Assembly (NCBI GenBank): GCA_039815375.1 | Contig: JBCBZJ010000001.1 | Location: forward strand, 192,001-256,000 | From: Verrucomicrobiota bacterium | GTDB taxonomy: Bacteria > Verrucomicrobiota > Verrucomicrobiia > Opitutales > Coraliomargaritaceae | Length of the DNA: 64,000 nt | Direction: 5' to 3' | Shown here: in pieces, positions 29,673 to 42,037 of the stretch | Position numbering within the stretch: the first letter of the stretch is position 1 | How the letters are laid out: each line of letters starts with the position of its first letter | Position numbers and translations under genes: made by a program | Notes under the pieces: model-generated | What the model saw: only the letters and a program-made list of their open reading frames with translations | Told to the model about the DNA's origin: nothing | The model's database searches: none

Positions 29673-32553
29673 TTATGATTCTGAATTGCCGCAGATTATC
29701 TGATGTAGCCGGCGTCATTGGGTCGGAACCGTCGATTTTTTCTGGTAAGCGTTGAATGACAGCTTCGCACCAAACTTCACCTGCCGTATCCCCTGTGACA
29801 GGGTCAGTCGTCGCACCGTAGGCGTGAATTTTGAAGGTGTCCGAGCGCGTGGTAGCCTGCGGTGCAATTTTTGTTAGTATGTCGTTTTGAGTCAGGAACA
29901 CATTTGAGAACTCCATAATGTCCTCGTTGATTTGTGGGATGCCACCGCCCCCATTTGTCTGTCCCACATCGTCAACTGCGTCTCGAATTAAGCCCGAGTT
30001 GACAAAGGTTACCATGTCCGAGAATGGCATTCCACGCTCTTGTATCTTAAGAACAATATTCTCTGCAAGCTGCCTTAGCTGAAGTGTGCCATCGTCTCCA
30101 TGCAAGGAGCGAATGCCTTGTTCAAAGAAGCGATCAGGACTCTGGATCTGATTTGCTGTAACAAAAAAGTCATCAGTGCGGGCTTGGTATTGCGGTAGCC
30201 GGAAAAAAGCTGCTGATCGAGTAACACTTGTCGATCCACCCAAATTTTCATCCAGTGCTTCAGGAGTTAGGATTGGAGATGATAGCACGGATTCCCATGC
30301 TTCTATCGAGGTCGAGTTAATATTGAAGCTACCCACTATTAGCTCTTTGGCGGCATCGTCTTCGTCAGGATCCAAATCTACATTTTCGAGACCCAAAATT
30401 GCCGGACTAGCAAGCATCGGGTCACCATTTGCAGGATTTATTATTTTGGGTGAAAAGTAGTATTGGTCGAATGCTTCATTGAAAGTGCTACCCCAAGGAC
30501 TGCCTATTGAACGTGGGCTCCTGCGATAGATATGTAGAGATGATAATTGTCCAACGGAAAGCACCTCTCCATCTGGCATGTCATATAGAAAAGCATCGCG
30601 GTAATCATTTGCGTGGGACCGCCCAGTTGGGTCCATGATTTGATCCAGCAGACTGAATAGATTGCTGTCGTCTTGAATAATAAAAGAAGGATCGGTGTAG
30701 CTTGGCTCAAGAATCGAGCTCACATCCTTTTGGACTCCTTCAATATCTGTAAATTGTTCGGATGCGTTGAGATCTGGGTCTCGAAGGTCGAGAGCTGTCA
30801 TAATGTCCTTCATTGAACTAAGGTCAGTATCGTCACTCTTAACTCTGAAGTGGTAAGCAAACAGGTAATCCTCCCGCTCGTAGGTACTACTTGTGAGCCT
30901 TGAGAAGGGGTTGGTTCCTGAATTGAAGGTTTTTTGAATGACAAAGTCATCAAATTGAAGCTCTTCAAACCTCGATATTGGTGGACGACTTGCAAGGCTA
31001 CCACTTGGTGAGTAAGGGACAACCGTCAATGTTACTCCTTGCGTAGGATGGATTGCAGTGATCTGAATTGTAGAATCGTCCTCAGGTTTAGTATTCTGAT
31101 TGTCGGACCACCGATCGGTTCCAAAGTCACGGGCGATTCCGCGCTTTTGAACTAATGGGTCCGGTTCTAGCACTCTGTAGACTTCCCCAGGGTTTAAAAC
31201 AGGGACGTCAGGTGTTCCAAGTGGGGAGATTTCGAACCAACTATTGATTGTGCGCCGACTATCAAAAGCTGAATAGGCCGAGAATGCGTTCAAATTCTCT
31301 GTGACAGCAGGTGTAGTTGTAGGAGATGCCGTGTCTTCAACTGTAATCGTTGGGAGATTGTCGAAAAGTAGAACAACACCGCGGTCGTAGGCTGCATCTG
31401 CGTCAGCCGGAAATCGCAGTGGAAGCGAATAGGGGTTGGTGAATTCTGCTTCTACGTGGTAGCGAATGCGGAGTTTTCCATCAGAATCTGTATGGAACAA
31501 TCCGATGTAGAGGACGACCTCTGTGAGTAGTGGCCTAGGGCTATGATAGGGCTTTCCTGAAAAAGAGCGTCGTGAGGGAAGTCCTGATTCAACGTCCATC
31601 ACGCCTCCTTTTACTGAAAGAAATTCTTGCGTCTCATCAGTAGCGAGAAAGGAGTCTCGGAAACCTGTATCGCTGAGATTTTTCTTTAGACCTCCGTTCG
31701 CAGGATTCTCTATTACGCCCAGTGCAACGGTGGTTAAATTATGTCGAGTTTCTATAAACTCTCCAGATACAGGGATAAGAGGATTGTTCGAGCTGTCTTT
31801 GAGCACAGGCAAATCGTCAAACCCGAAAACCCTCTTTAAAGAATTAGCAAAGTCTTCATTGTTAAGATCTAGATCAACTCCTACGAAGAACGAATCGAGC
31901 CCGACACCAAATGCAGCCTGATACTCGGTTGCTCTTCGTTCAGCGCTCAATCCAGGGTCATTGTAGGTGGCAACAGCCTCCCGTCTGGCAGTGAGTGACG
32001 CTTTTACGCCCTCATCGGAGACCCAGAAGGCGTAGTCTCCAGCCTGAGGGCTATTTTGATCGATCTGGACTAAGGAAACTCTGACCGCCGCCTCATTCGC
32101 TGTTTCCGGAAATATCTCTATCGAGCTACCTGTGGGCCCGGTAAGAGGATCTTGGTTGTTTCCCGATACAAGCCATTGGGGATCAGGATTGACCCCACCA
32201 GCTAGATCGGAGTCCCATAAACCGGTCCAAAACTTCGAATTTAGGTTGAAGTTGCCATCACCGAGAATCTCTGCCCGTGCAGTAATCTTTTGATCGGGGC
32301 CAGCCAGCTTTTGCACATTCCCGACTGCAATTAACATCCCAAGCCTGGCATTCTCACGGGCTAGGATCTGCTTTACTGAGCGGTCTGCGTTGGAGGTTTC
32401 GACTGAGATCAGTGTTGTGAGGCTGAGAAGCAGTAGCACAACAAAAGACATCATACTAAGCGAGAGAACCACAGCAAAACCTCGATTCTGCAGATTATGG
32501 GTCTGTATCTTAGTGCACCGATTAACGAATGCGGATGTGCTTTTCGGATTCAC
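29641..32553 (-). CDS. Giant PilX/GspK-like pseudopilin (Verru_Chthon cassette protein A-like)
   Basis: RG|FAVVLSLSMMSFVVLLLL prepilin-type site lacking Glu+5; AGPDQKITARA, YAFWVSDEGVKA, RSDTFKIHAYG, WCEAVIQR. Confidence 0.75.
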   Translation of the reverse strand: MNPKSTSAFVNRCTKIQTHNLQNRGFAVVLSLSMMSFVVLLLLSLTTLISVETSNADRSVKQILARENARLGMLIAVGNVQKLAGPDQKITARAEILGDGNFNLNSKFWTGLWDSDLAGGVNPDPQWLVSGNNQDPLTGPTGSSIEIFPETANEAAVRVSLVQIDQNSPQAGDYAFWVSDEGVKASLTARREAVATYNDPGLSAERRATEYQAAFGVGLDSFFVGVDLDLNNEDFANSLKRVFGFDDLPVLKDSSNNPLIPVSGEFIETRHNLTTVALGVIENPANGGLKKNLSDTGFRDSFLATDETQEFLSVKGGVMDVESGLPSRRSFSGKPYHSPRPLLTEVVLYIGLFHTDSDGKLRIRYHVEAEFTNPYSLPLRFPADADAAYDRGVVLLFDNLPTITVEDTASPTTTPAVTENLNAFSAYSAFDSRRTINSWFEISPLGTPDVPVLNPGEVYRVLEPDPLVQKRGIARDFGTDRWSDNQNTKPEDDSTIQITAIHPTQGVTLTVVPYSPSGSLASRPPISRFEELQFDDFVIQKTFNSGTNPFSRLTSSTYEREDYLFAYHFRVKSDDTDLSSMKDIMTALDLRDPDLNASEQFTDIEGVQKDVSSILEPSYTDPSFIIQDDSNLFSLLDQIMDPTGRSHANDYRDAFLYDMPDGEVLSVGQLSSLHIYRRSPRSIGSPWGSTFNEAFDQYYFSPKIINPANGDPMLASPAILGLENVDLDPDEDDAAKELIVGSFNINSTSIEAWESVLSSPILTPEALDENLGGSTSVTRSAAFFRLPQYQARTDDFFVTANQIQSPDRFFEQGIRSLHGDDGTLQLRQLAENIVLKIQERGMPFSDMVTFVNSGLIRDAVDDVGQTNGGGGIPQINEDIMEFSNVFLTQNDILTKIAPQATTRSDTFKIHAYGATTDPVTGDTAGEVWCEAVIQRLPEKIDGSDPMTPATSDNLRQFRIISVRFLADEPS

Positions 32554-32724
32554 GGGTTTAGTAAGCAGGATATTTGCCTGTATGAGAACTGAATCTAAGA
32601 TAGATTCCGATCTGGCAAATTATCAAGCGACCTGTCACCTAAATATAACAGACCCGCATAGGAGAACATTACTCCTAAAATTGAAAAATGGGTATTAAAC
32701 CCTATGTCTTTGAAGGTATTTTAG

Positions 32725-33270
32725 CTAAACTAAACCAAGGACCATTTTACCTTCCTCGGTAATCATATCCTGATTCCAAGGGGGGTCCCAGACGATGTCT
32801 ACTTGGGCTTCGGCCACACCAGCTACACCTTCTAGGTGGGTTTTAGCGTCTTCTGCGATGACTGGGCCCATTCCGCAGCCGGGGGCGGTCAATGTCATTT
32901 GCATGTCTACCTTGTTGCCACCTTCTACACGCTCGCTGGTTTCTAGTGAATAAACAAGGCCGAGATCGACAATATTGACAGGGATTTCCGGGTCGAAAAC
33001 CTTTCGCAGAGCTTCCCAAAGCGTTTCTGTCTCGACCGGGCCGTTAGCACCTTCTGCATTGGCTGCCTTGGCTTTTTCGGTCACTTCCTCGCCGAGAGCG
33101 TCTGCATTGGCCCCGCTGATCCGGAACATGCCGTTGTGCGTCATTACCGTGTAGTTCCCGCCGAGGCGATGTGTGATGGTGACTTCCTCGCCCTCCGGCA
33201 GGGTCATCGGCGTGCCTTGTGGGATGAGGGTGACTTCAACTTCGCGAGTCAGTGTGCGTTGGTCGTCCAT
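32725..33270 (-). CDS. sufT: Fe-S assembly protein SufT (DUF59)
   Basis: [31 protein letters not shown]. Confidence 0.92.
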   Translation of the reverse strand: MDDQRTLTREVEVTLIPQGTPMTLPEGEEVTITHRLGGNYTVMTHNGMFRISGANADALGEEVTEKAKAANAEGANGPVETETLWEALRKVFDPEIPVNIVDLGLVYSLETSERVEGGNKVDMQMTLTAPGCGMGPVIAEDAKTHLEGVAGVAEAQVDIVWDPPWNQDMITEEGKMVLGLV

Positions 33271-33414
33271 GGTAAAGAAGTTAGAATCTAGGAGTTAGAA
33301 GTTGTTTTTTAGTATACCGGGATGGTCTAAATCGAAATCGTGGTTATCCCCTTAATTCGATTTCGAACAAGATATTGATTTTGCTTACATCTTTTACGTT
33401 GTGCGCAGCTGATT

Positions 33415-34719
33415 CTAGGAAATCTTCTCGCCAAACTTTTTGTGTATAAGCTGACGAAGATTTTCAGCAAGTTCTTCACTTTCGATCTTTTCGATGACCT
33501 CTTCGAAGAAACCGAAGACCATAAGTTGCATGGCGATGCGTTTTGGAATGCCACGGCTCATCATATAGAAGAGTTCGGCCTCGTCGACGTTGCCGGTAGT
33601 GGCACCGTGTGAGCACTTCACATCGTTAGCCAGAATTTCGAGACCGGGCATGGAATTCACGTCGGCTGTCGGGTCGAGCAGTAAGTTACGGTTGGTTTGA
33701 TAGGCGTCTGTTTGCTGTGCACCTTCGGCTACCTTAATGAGGCCTGAAAAAATGGTGCGGCTTTTGTCAAGAAGTGCATTCTTGTAAAGCAGGTCTGACA
33801 CAGCGTTCGGCGCATTATGCGTTTGAAAAGTGCGTTGGTCGAACTCCTGAGATTCCTCGGCAACGGTCAGCGAATACATCTTCACGTCGGCGCCTGCGCC
33901 TTCGATACGTGTTTGGTTTTCGTAGCGCGCGCGGGCGGCACCAATATTGACAGCGAGATTTTTTACCTGCGCGTTGCGTCCGGCCACAGTGGTGTCGAGT
34001 TGGAAGGAAACAGTCTTTTCATTCCAGTCCTGCACAACCTTGCGGAAGACATGGGCATTTGCCCCGGCATGTATATTGGAGACGGAAATGTTGAGCGCCT
34101 CATTCTCTTCTTTCTCCGAGAAAAAGACGTCGACTACCGCGGCCTTGGAGTTGTCTTCTGCGATGATGAGTGTGTGCGGGAAGACGGCTACGCGTTCTTC
34201 GCTGGTCCAGTAGTAGTTGACAAAAGGCTGGGCAATTTCGACACCACGGGGCACGTAGAGAATGGATCCAGCGCGGACTTGGGCGGCGTGCAGCCCGAAG
34301 AACTTCTCGGAACCCAGCTCGGTGGATTCTTGAAGGAAATATTTCTTCATCAACTCCGGATGCTTTTCGACTGCTTCGGCGATCGGCAGATAGATTACGC
34401 CTTTTTCAGCAAGCGCTTCGCTTATGCTTTCGAAACGTGCGGAATGATCGTCGACGTAAACCATACTGCCGGCACGCTCAGTGACGAGGTTCGACCGTGC
34501 CTCGAACTGAGCAAGCTGCTGCTCGCTAATGGTGTTGCTGGGAGCATAACCTTCGGTGCTGAGTCTGCCGACAGATGCGAAACGCCAGCATTCGTCTCGG
34601 GCCGAGGGAGCAGGCAAAGTTTCGAACTGAGTCTTGCCGTCTTCGCGGCGGGCTGCCAGCCATGCAGGTTCTGTAGTAGTGCTGGGTGTCACGGGTGCTT
34701 CTAAAGTCTCTGAAGTCAT
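33415..34719 (-). CDS. sufD: Fe-S cluster assembly protein SufD
   Basis: [19 protein letters not shown]; follows sufB. Confidence 0.92.
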   Translation of the reverse strand: MTSETLEAPVTPSTTTEPAWLAARREDGKTQFETLPAPSARDECWRFASVGRLSTEGYAPSNTISEQQLAQFEARSNLVTERAGSMVYVDDHSARFESISEALAEKGVIYLPIAEAVEKHPELMKKYFLQESTELGSEKFFGLHAAQVRAGSILYVPRGVEIAQPFVNYYWTSEERVAVFPHTLIIAEDNSKAAVVDVFFSEKEENEALNISVSNIHAGANAHVFRKVVQDWNEKTVSFQLDTTVAGRNAQVKNLAVNIGAARARYENQTRIEGAGADVKMYSLTVAEESQEFDQRTFQTHNAPNAVSDLLYKNALLDKSRTIFSGLIKVAEGAQQTDAYQTNRNLLLDPTADVNSMPGLEILANDVKCSHGATTGNVDEAELFYMMSRGIPKRIAMQLMVFGFFEEVIEKIESEELAENLRQLIHKKFGEKIS

Positions 34720-34764
34720 TTTCTTAATATAGGTTTAGCTTGGGCGTTTAAGGGTCGCCGGCTT

Positions 34765-36189
<1,425 letters not shown>

Positions 36190-36225
36190 AATGGCTGAAA
36201 GTGAGAGTGTTTGTTGGTGTGGTGA

Positions 36226-36987
36226 TTAGGCTGTAGCGGTTGCAAATTCTTCTTTCACCCAGTCATAGCCTTTTGACTCGAGCTCTTTAGCGAGTTCAGC
36301 ATCGCCGCTGTGGACGATGCGGCCGTCGAACATGACGTGGACCACGTCCGGCACGATGTAGTCCAGAAGGCGCTGATAATGAGTGATCACCAGAAAGCCG
36401 CGATCAGAGCCACGCATCAGATTGACGCCTTCGGAAACGATGCGTAGCGCGTCAATATCGAGGCCGGAATCAGTCTCGTCCATCACACAGTACTTCGGAT
36501 CTAGCATGGACATTTGAAGGATTTCGCAGCGTTTCTTTTCGCCGCCGGAGAAGCCTTCGTTCAGAGAGCGTGCGGTGAATTTACGGTCCATCTTGAGAGC
36601 GTCCATCTTCTCATAGAGTTCTTTATAGAACTCAACTGCGTTGATTTCTTCACCTTCAGGGAGGCGTGCCGCGCGGGCTGCGCGAATGAAATTGGCGATA
36701 GAGACCCCTGGGATTTCAAGTGGATACTGGAAGGCAAGGAAAAGGCCCGCATGTGCGATCTCATCAGGCTCTTGGCCGAGGATGCTTTCGCCATCGAGAA
36801 GTATTTCCCCGCTTTCTACGGTGTAGTCTTCATGGCCGGCCATTACCTTAGCGAGGGTGCTTTTTCCGGTGCCATTCGGGCCCATCAGTGCGTGAACTTC
36901 ACCTTTGGGTATAGTGAGGCTAAAATCCTTTAAGATGGCTTGACCATCGATGGATACGTTGAGGTTTTTGACTTCGAGTGTGCTCAT
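36226..36987 (-). CDS. sufC: Fe-S assembly ATPase SufC
   Basis: [33 protein letters not shown]. Confidence 0.96.
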   Translation of the reverse strand: MSTLEVKNLNVSIDGQAILKDFSLTIPKGEVHALMGPNGTGKSTLAKVMAGHEDYTVESGEILLDGESILGQEPDEIAHAGLFLAFQYPLEIPGVSIANFIRAARAARLPEGEEINAVEFYKELYEKMDALKMDRKFTARSLNEGFSGGEKKRCEILQMSMLDPKYCVMDETDSGLDIDALRIVSEGVNLMRGSDRGFLVITHYQRLLDYIVPDVVHVMFDGRIVHSGDAELAKELESKGYDWVKEEFATATA

Positions 36988-37027
36988 TTTAGAATTAAGA
37001 ATTAGGAATTAAAAAAATGTGGTGGAG

Positions 37028-37459
37028 TTATTCGTGGCATTCGCCGCACTTACCATCGAAGGCGATGTCAATACGATGTGCGGTGTGGCCGGCAGGAAGA
37101 GAAGCTTGGAGGAGCCCGATAATCTCATCAGAGAGTTCGATGTCCTGGATCTCGCCACTTTCTTTGCAGTAAAAGTGGGCGTGTGAGGTAAGATTTGGGC
37201 AGTAGCGGGTCGGCTCACGCTCAAAGTTCACTTGCTTGATCAGGCCGCTCGCTGAGAGTGTTTCGAGGCAGTTGTAAACCGTTGCCAATGAAATAGTTGG
37301 CATTTCAGAACGGGCTCTGGCATAGACCTCATCGGCGGTGGGGTGGTCAGTCTTCTCCAGCAAAACGGAGAAAACGTGCTCGCGCTGCTTGGTAGAACGT
37401 AGTCCACTGCGCTCCAAGGCATGATCGAGCCGTTCTTTATATTCTGGACTAAGTTGCAT
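37028..37459 (-). CDS. Fur-family regulator (PerR/Irr-like)
   Basis: [23 protein letters not shown], terminal CGEC; heads suf operon. Confidence 0.9.
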   Translation of the reverse strand: MQLSPEYKERLDHALERSGLRSTKQREHVFSVLLEKTDHPTADEVYARARSEMPTISLATVYNCLETLSASGLIKQVNFEREPTRYCPNLTSHAHFYCKESGEIQDIELSDEIIGLLQASLPAGHTAHRIDIAFDGKCGECHE

Positions 37460-37470
37460 GAGGGTCGTTG

Positions 37471-37563
37471 ATTGGAATAGTTCTAATTACAATTATTGCT
37501 TTTGAAATATGCAATAAACGAGCAGTCTTTCGTAAATCAAGCAATAATTAGAATAATTCTTAA
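37471..37563. promoter_or_regulatory. Two 7-3-7 AT-rich inverted boxes (ICE/Per-box-like)
   Basis: ATTGGAA-TAG-TTCTAAT (37471-37487) and ATTAGAA-TAA-TTCTTAA (37547-37563) upstream of fur-suf. Confidence 0.55.
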
Positions 37564-37663
37564 AATAATTACTATTAATCCGGACCATCAATCCGTTTAA
37601 TTTGTAAGAGCTTGGTCTTAAATGCTTTGCTTGAGAGGTGCTTTTCTTGCTTATCTTGGATAA

Positions 37664-38647
37664 ATGAGTGCTCAAAAGGCTATTCGCCACCATAGTTTCG
37701 GTAAACCTGAAGAAGTGCTTCGTCTTGAGGAAATACCGATTCCCGAGCCGACGAAGGGTGAAGTCAGGGTAAAGCTCCTCGCGGCCACGATCAATCCTTC
37801 GGATTACGGTATGATCGGTGGCAGTTATGGCAGGCTCCGCGAGCTACCGACGGTGGCAGGTCGCGAAGGTTTAGGGCAGGTGGATGCCCTCGGTCCCGGT
37901 GTGAAATCGATCGACCTAGGCGCGCACGTTCGTTTCTCCGAAAAGGGAGCTTGGCAGGAATACGCTTGTCTCCCGGTGAATGATCTCTTCGTCGTTCATC
38001 ATCGCAGTGTCCCTGTTGAGCAGGCAGCTATTTCCTTTATCAATCCGCCAACGGCCTACTGCCTTCTGAAAAAGGTGGTCGATCTGCCCAAGGGCAGCTG
38101 GGTTGTGCAAAATGCAGGCAACTCGGCGGTGGGCCTTTCTGTTATCCAGATGGCTAAGGCAATGGGGCTCAAAACCATCAACCAGGTGCGCCGTCAGGAA
38201 TTGATGGAACCGCTCAAGGAAATGGGTGCCGACCAGGTGGTCCTTGAGGGCTCTGGCTGGGTCAAACAGGTCGCGGAGCTGACCGGCGGTGAACAGGTCC
38301 GTCTCGCCCTGAACTCGATTGGTGGAGAGAGCGCTGCGGATCAGATCAAGGCGCTCGGCGATGGCGGCACGCAGGTTACTTTCGGAGGAATGGTCGGCGA
38401 CCCGATTCGCTTCCCCACACGGTTCCTCATTTTCAATGATGTGCGCTTGGTTGGATTCTGGTGGGATAAATTCTGCAGCACGCAGGGGCCTGAGGTGATC
38501 TCGGAAGTGATGGATGTCGTCTATGGAATGATGGCAGACGGCAGTCTGAAGCTGCCAATTGAAGCAACATATTCCTTTTCTGAATACAAAGAAGCCATCG
38601 CGCACGACAAAGGGCCGCGCTTTGGGAAAATTCTCCTAAAGCCCTAG
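37664..38647 (+). CDS. MDR-family 2-enoyl thioester reductase (MECR/Etr1-like)
   Basis: INPSD..I.GSY, INPPTAY, VVQNAGNSAVG, LIFNDV.LVGFW. Confidence 0.85.
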   Translation: MSAQKAIRHHSFGKPEEVLRLEEIPIPEPTKGEVRVKLLAATINPSDYGMIGGSYGRLRELPTVAGREGLGQVDALGPGVKSIDLGAHVRFSEKGAWQEYACLPVNDLFVVHHRSVPVEQAAISFINPPTAYCLLKKVVDLPKGSWVVQNAGNSAVGLSVIQMAKAMGLKTINQVRRQELMEPLKEMGADQVVLEGSGWVKQVAELTGGEQVRLALNSIGGESAADQIKALGDGGTQVTFGGMVGDPIRFPTRFLIFNDVRLVGFWWDKFCSTQGPEVISEVMDVVYGMMADGSLKLPIEATYSFSEYKEAIAHDKGPRFGKILLKP

Positions 38648-38650
38648 GCC

Positions 38651-39613
38651 TTATCTAAACCAGGTCTTCCAGTCCTCGCGGTAAGCTTCGAGGTTCCGCC
38701 AGTCGACAATTTTTGGTTGCGTTGCAATGACTGGTGTCTCCGGTGTGACTGAATTGTGCAGCTTTTCAACCATAGCAACAACGCTTTTGTAGCCCCATTC
38801 ATAATAGGGGTGGACGACGAGCGCATGGAGGTAACCCTCGTCGGTATAGATAAAGGCGGAAGGGGACGATTGAATTGCCACCGTCGGCATCCTGCCGGGT
38901 TGCCATGGAAGGGCCGGGAGCCCGAGTAGCGGCCAGTCCTCAAGAAATACCCAACCTTTGATGAGGTCATTCCTGTCGGCTTTCTGAGTCTCGATAATGG
39001 TTTTGATGGCCGAATGGTAGTTCGGATCAGTTTCAACGATCATCTCGATCCGTCGAAACCCCAGCACTGAGCGCACGCCATCAAGACGTGCGCTCAGTGC
39101 TGGGGTTGGCTCTTTGCTAGTCATGACGGCGACCCGCCCCTGGGTAGGAAGCTTTTCAAGTATTGCCCGGCCTGCCAGTTTACCTGCAGCCAGCTCGTCC
39201 GCGACAACAGAAGCAAGCGGCTCCAGCTCGGGGAGCTGATTTTCGAAGAAAACCACTTCTTGTCCCTGCTCCATTGCGAAACCGATGGAAGATGCAACGA
39301 TTTCTTTCGACATTGGGCTAATGATGAAGCCGTCTGCATCTTTGATGAAGAGCTCCGCCAGTGAATTCGGCTGTGACCCGCCCTGAGAGCTTTCCGGAGT
39401 GCCGATCAGCAGCTCGACATCGATAGAATATTTCTCACTGAGTTCGCGCGCCGCATCAATGGCACCCAAGTGTGCGGCCTGGTAGATGGCATCGGCTTTA
39501 TCCCGACCAATAATCCCGATTTTGTATTCGCCGAGTATTTCGTTGTTCTGGCCGAGTGCCAATTGGCATAAACAGGCTAATAGAAATATGAACTGAAGAG
39601 AAGTCTTTGGCAC
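38651..39613 (-). CDS. Periplasmic sugar-binding protein-like (RbsB/Peripla_BP)
   Basis: Signal peptide from GTG 39613; ADGFIISP, ADELAAGKLAG, PYYEWGYKSV; the track's upstream extension runs through a tRNA fragment. Confidence 0.75.
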   Translation of the reverse strand: MPKTSLQFIFLLACLCQLALGQNNEILGEYKIGIIGRDKADAIYQAAHLGAIDAARELSEKYSIDVELLIGTPESSQGGSQPNSLAELFIKDADGFIISPMSKEIVASSIGFAMEQGQEVVFFENQLPELEPLASVVADELAAGKLAGRAILEKLPTQGRVAVMTSKEPTPALSARLDGVRSVLGFRRIEMIVETDPNYHSAIKTIIETQKADRNDLIKGWVFLEDWPLLGLPALPWQPGRMPTVAIQSSPSAFIYTDEGYLHALVVHPYYEWGYKSVVAMVEKLHNSVTPETPVIATQPKIVDWRNLEAYREDWKTWFR

Positions 39614-39664
39614 TTCTTTTGTGACTATCGGTTTGTTGTTGCGTTGCTTAAATAAAAAGAAAAA

Positions 39665-39690
39665 CGGTCGGCCTGATAGGATTTGGACCC
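39665..39690 (-). mobile_element. Degenerate tRNA(Pro-like) 3' fragment, att unit U1, left edge of accessory region
   Basis: Minus strand GGTCCAAATCCTATCAGGCCGACCG, 20/25 identical to the fragment at 56510; gene content switches from core to accessory here. Confidence 0.55.
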
Positions 39691-39745
39691 TTGTTTGAAA
39701 CGCCTGACTTATCAATAATCAAGTGGGTTTGTTCCTAAGGGCAAG

Positions 39746-39831
39746 TTTAACCCGGATTATGCAATAGGCTGAGAAGTGTGCTCGGCAACCGAAGAGCGAA
39801 GAGGCGTATCATCCTAACTGACTGCAGCTCT
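39746..39831 (+). repeat. Dispersed repeat copy B
   Basis: Homologous to 1992-2077 (-); begins TTTAACCCGGATTATGCAAT. Confidence 0.65.
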
Positions 39832-40311
39832 GATGGCCAGCGATGTGCGCTTGTCGCCTAAGTTCCGAGCCAAGCGACAAAACCGGTCCGGCCGCCGCCG
39901 GAACCGGAACAATTCGAAAACACCATTTTGGTGAACACATTTCTAATGCTTTGCATTGGAAATGTGGCTTATAAAAAAGCACCTACCTCACTCGATATCA
40001 TGTTTTTGAAGTTCGTTTGCATCGTTTCGGTCCAATGGACATGCATAGGGAGGCAAATTTGGCTAGAACTGACATACATTGTCAGGAATTTAATCCTCAT
40101 AGTTTGGTAGGATTTCGCTCAGATCGGGGACATTTGTGTGCGTGAGTCTTACGGAAAGAGATACAGGCCATTTCGATCAGGCATAAAAAACCGAGCGGAA
40201 TCCGCCCGGATCGTAATTGGTGAATAGCCGATTCATATGAAATCGGCATACACTCTGTATCACAGGCCTCTGTAAACAAAACAGGCCCCTGCTCGTCAGG
40301 GGCGACGTTCC

Positions 40312-41343
40312 TCACTCGCGATGTTTGATTGTCGGACCATCTTTCCAGTAACCTTGGACAAGCACTTCTTTTGGAGTTTTCGGGGATCCGAGCTGGTTCG
40401 TGTTTAAGTTCGTAATGACGAGGTCGAGTGCGGTCGCGCCCACTTGCTTCAGGTTTCCGTCAATCCCGGCGGCACAATCCATCTCCTTCGCGGTTCTGAA
40501 GAGGTAAGCGATCCCGATATCCGCAGGAGCTTTCATACTCATCTGAGACAACCATTCTTCTACCGGAAGTTTATAAACCAACAGGGCGTCTGGAGCTTCT
40601 TTTTTAAGCCAATACGAAAAATGATCAAAGCTGCTGCTGGACTCAGGTATAAACGGTGCGCATTGGTTGCTTATCGGAAGACGACGCTGCCAGTCCAGCA
40701 TACCTCCCGACCACAAATAGCCAGAAATTCGGTTGTTAAATTCGGGGACGACCAGACCGATCTTTTTGTAGCCGTAGCTCCGCATCTTATCGAGGGCCAA
40801 ACGGACGTTAAACAGACCGTGGAAGTTCGAGCGGTCGACAGCGCTTTTTCGAAAATAGGCACTGAGCCCCGCAACCGCGAAATGATCTGTCGGCAAATCG
40901 AGCTTGCGCTGAGGGTTGCGCGAGAAGCCTAACAAGACGCCCTTGATGCCCCGCACATGCAGCACCTTTTCAAGCTTAAGCGGATCGTCTCCGTAATCAC
41001 TTAACGCGAATTCTTCGACTTTGAACCCCATCTCACCTGCTCTCGCCATGAGTCCTTCATACTCCCACCTGCAGACATCTTTGGTCTGCCAGCCACCTTC
41101 TGAAGCGTAATCGGTGATTAAAGCGATGGTGCCAATTTCAACATCCTCGGACCTCTTTAGCCGATTTTTCATAAGGGCGCTCACCATTGGATTCGGGCGG
41201 TATCCAAGTTGCTCTACCATCTCCAGAATCTCTTTACGCCTACTTTCACTGATACGAGTGCTGCCACTGAGCGCTCGCGATACAGTCGAGGGCGACACTC
41301 CAAGCCGCTGCGCAATATCTGACATTCTGACCGAGTCCTTCAT
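40312..41343 (-). CDS. LacI-family transcriptional regulator
   Basis: MSDIAQRLGVSPSTVSRAL HTH, LGYRPNPMVSALM; start set at MKDSV. Confidence 0.9.
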   Translation of the reverse strand: MKDSVRMSDIAQRLGVSPSTVSRALSGSTRISESRRKEILEMVEQLGYRPNPMVSALMKNRLKRSEDVEIGTIALITDYASEGGWQTKDVCRWEYEGLMARAGEMGFKVEEFALSDYGDDPLKLEKVLHVRGIKGVLLGFSRNPQRKLDLPTDHFAVAGLSAYFRKSAVDRSNFHGLFNVRLALDKMRSYGYKKIGLVVPEFNNRISGYLWSGGMLDWQRRLPISNQCAPFIPESSSSFDHFSYWLKKEAPDALLVYKLPVEEWLSQMSMKAPADIGIAYLFRTAKEMDCAAGIDGNLKQVGATALDLVITNLNTNQLGSPKTPKEVLVQGYWKDGPTIKHRE

Positions 41344-41371
41344 CGAAAAAACATAAAGTATGTGCACCTGC

Positions 41372-41414
41372 GCAACAATGTGCACGCTTATAATAACTGC
41401 GTGCAACGATGTGC
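41372..41414. promoter_or_regulatory. Two candidate LacI-type operators
   Basis: GCAACAATGTGC (41372) and GCAACGATGTGC (41403), 31 bp apart, between divergent lacI and nit operon. Confidence 0.5.
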
Positions 41415-41442
41415 GCAACTTGCGGGCCTCAAATTGGCACGA

Positions 41443-41458
41443 TGGCATCTGCGTTGCT
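41443..41458 (+). promoter_or_regulatory. Sigma-54 (-24/-12) promoter of nit operon
   Basis: TGGCATCTGCGTTGCT fits TGGCA-N6-TTGCW spacing, about 77 bp before nitB start. Confidence 0.65.
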
Positions 41459-41534
41459 AATAGCTCCAATGCCTGACGGAGAAATTCTCCTGATGCACAC
41501 GAACTAAAAACCGATAAAATAAAAACACAAAACC

Positions 41535-42017
41535 ATGCCAAAAGTAGAACTACCTGAACACAAAGATGGTGATTTCCTCGTCGATTACGAAGAGAAGGTC
41601 TTTGAAGATATTAAAGCCGAAGAGGGCGAAAAGGCTCTCGTTACCTTCCATACAGTCGCCTTTGAGGGCTCCATCAGCATTGTCAACACGCTCTCCGCGA
41701 CGCGTCTGTTGCGCAAAGGATACGAGACTTCGATTCTGCTCTATGGTCCAGGTGTGACGATGGGCTTTCAGCGCGGCTTCCCGACTTTGGGTGACGAAGC
41801 ATTTCCAGGGCACCTCTTTGTGAATCAGCGCCTAGCGAAATTCATGGAAGAAGGTGGCAAAGTCTACGCCTGCCGCTTCTCGACTCAGGCGCTCTACGGC
41901 CAGACCGAGAAGGCATTCATTCCAGGCATTACACCGATCAATCCGCTTGATGTCCTCGACTGCATCCTGATGCACAAGAAGGCCAATGCGGTGATCATGG
42001 ATTCTTGGACTGTTTAA
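41535..42017 (+). CDS. nitB: MSMEG_0572/Sll0783 family DsrE-like protein
   Basis: [45 protein letters not shown]. Confidence 0.92.
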   Translation: MPKVELPEHKDGDFLVDYEEKVFEDIKAEEGEKALVTFHTVAFEGSISIVNTLSATRLLRKGYETSILLYGPGVTMGFQRGFPTLGDEAFPGHLFVNQRLAKFMEEGGKVYACRFSTQALYGQTEKAFIPGITPINPLDVLDCILMHKKANAVIMDSWTV

Positions 42018-42037
42018 TTTTGAGAACAAGGTAAGCC

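Noticed and set aside
33817..34704. 295-aa + strand ORF
   Set aside because: Antisense shadow of sufD.
41344..41541. 66-aa N-terminal extension of the LacI ORF given in the track
   Set aside because: It overlaps the divergent promoter/operator region and the nitB start; the HTH begins right after ATG 41343.
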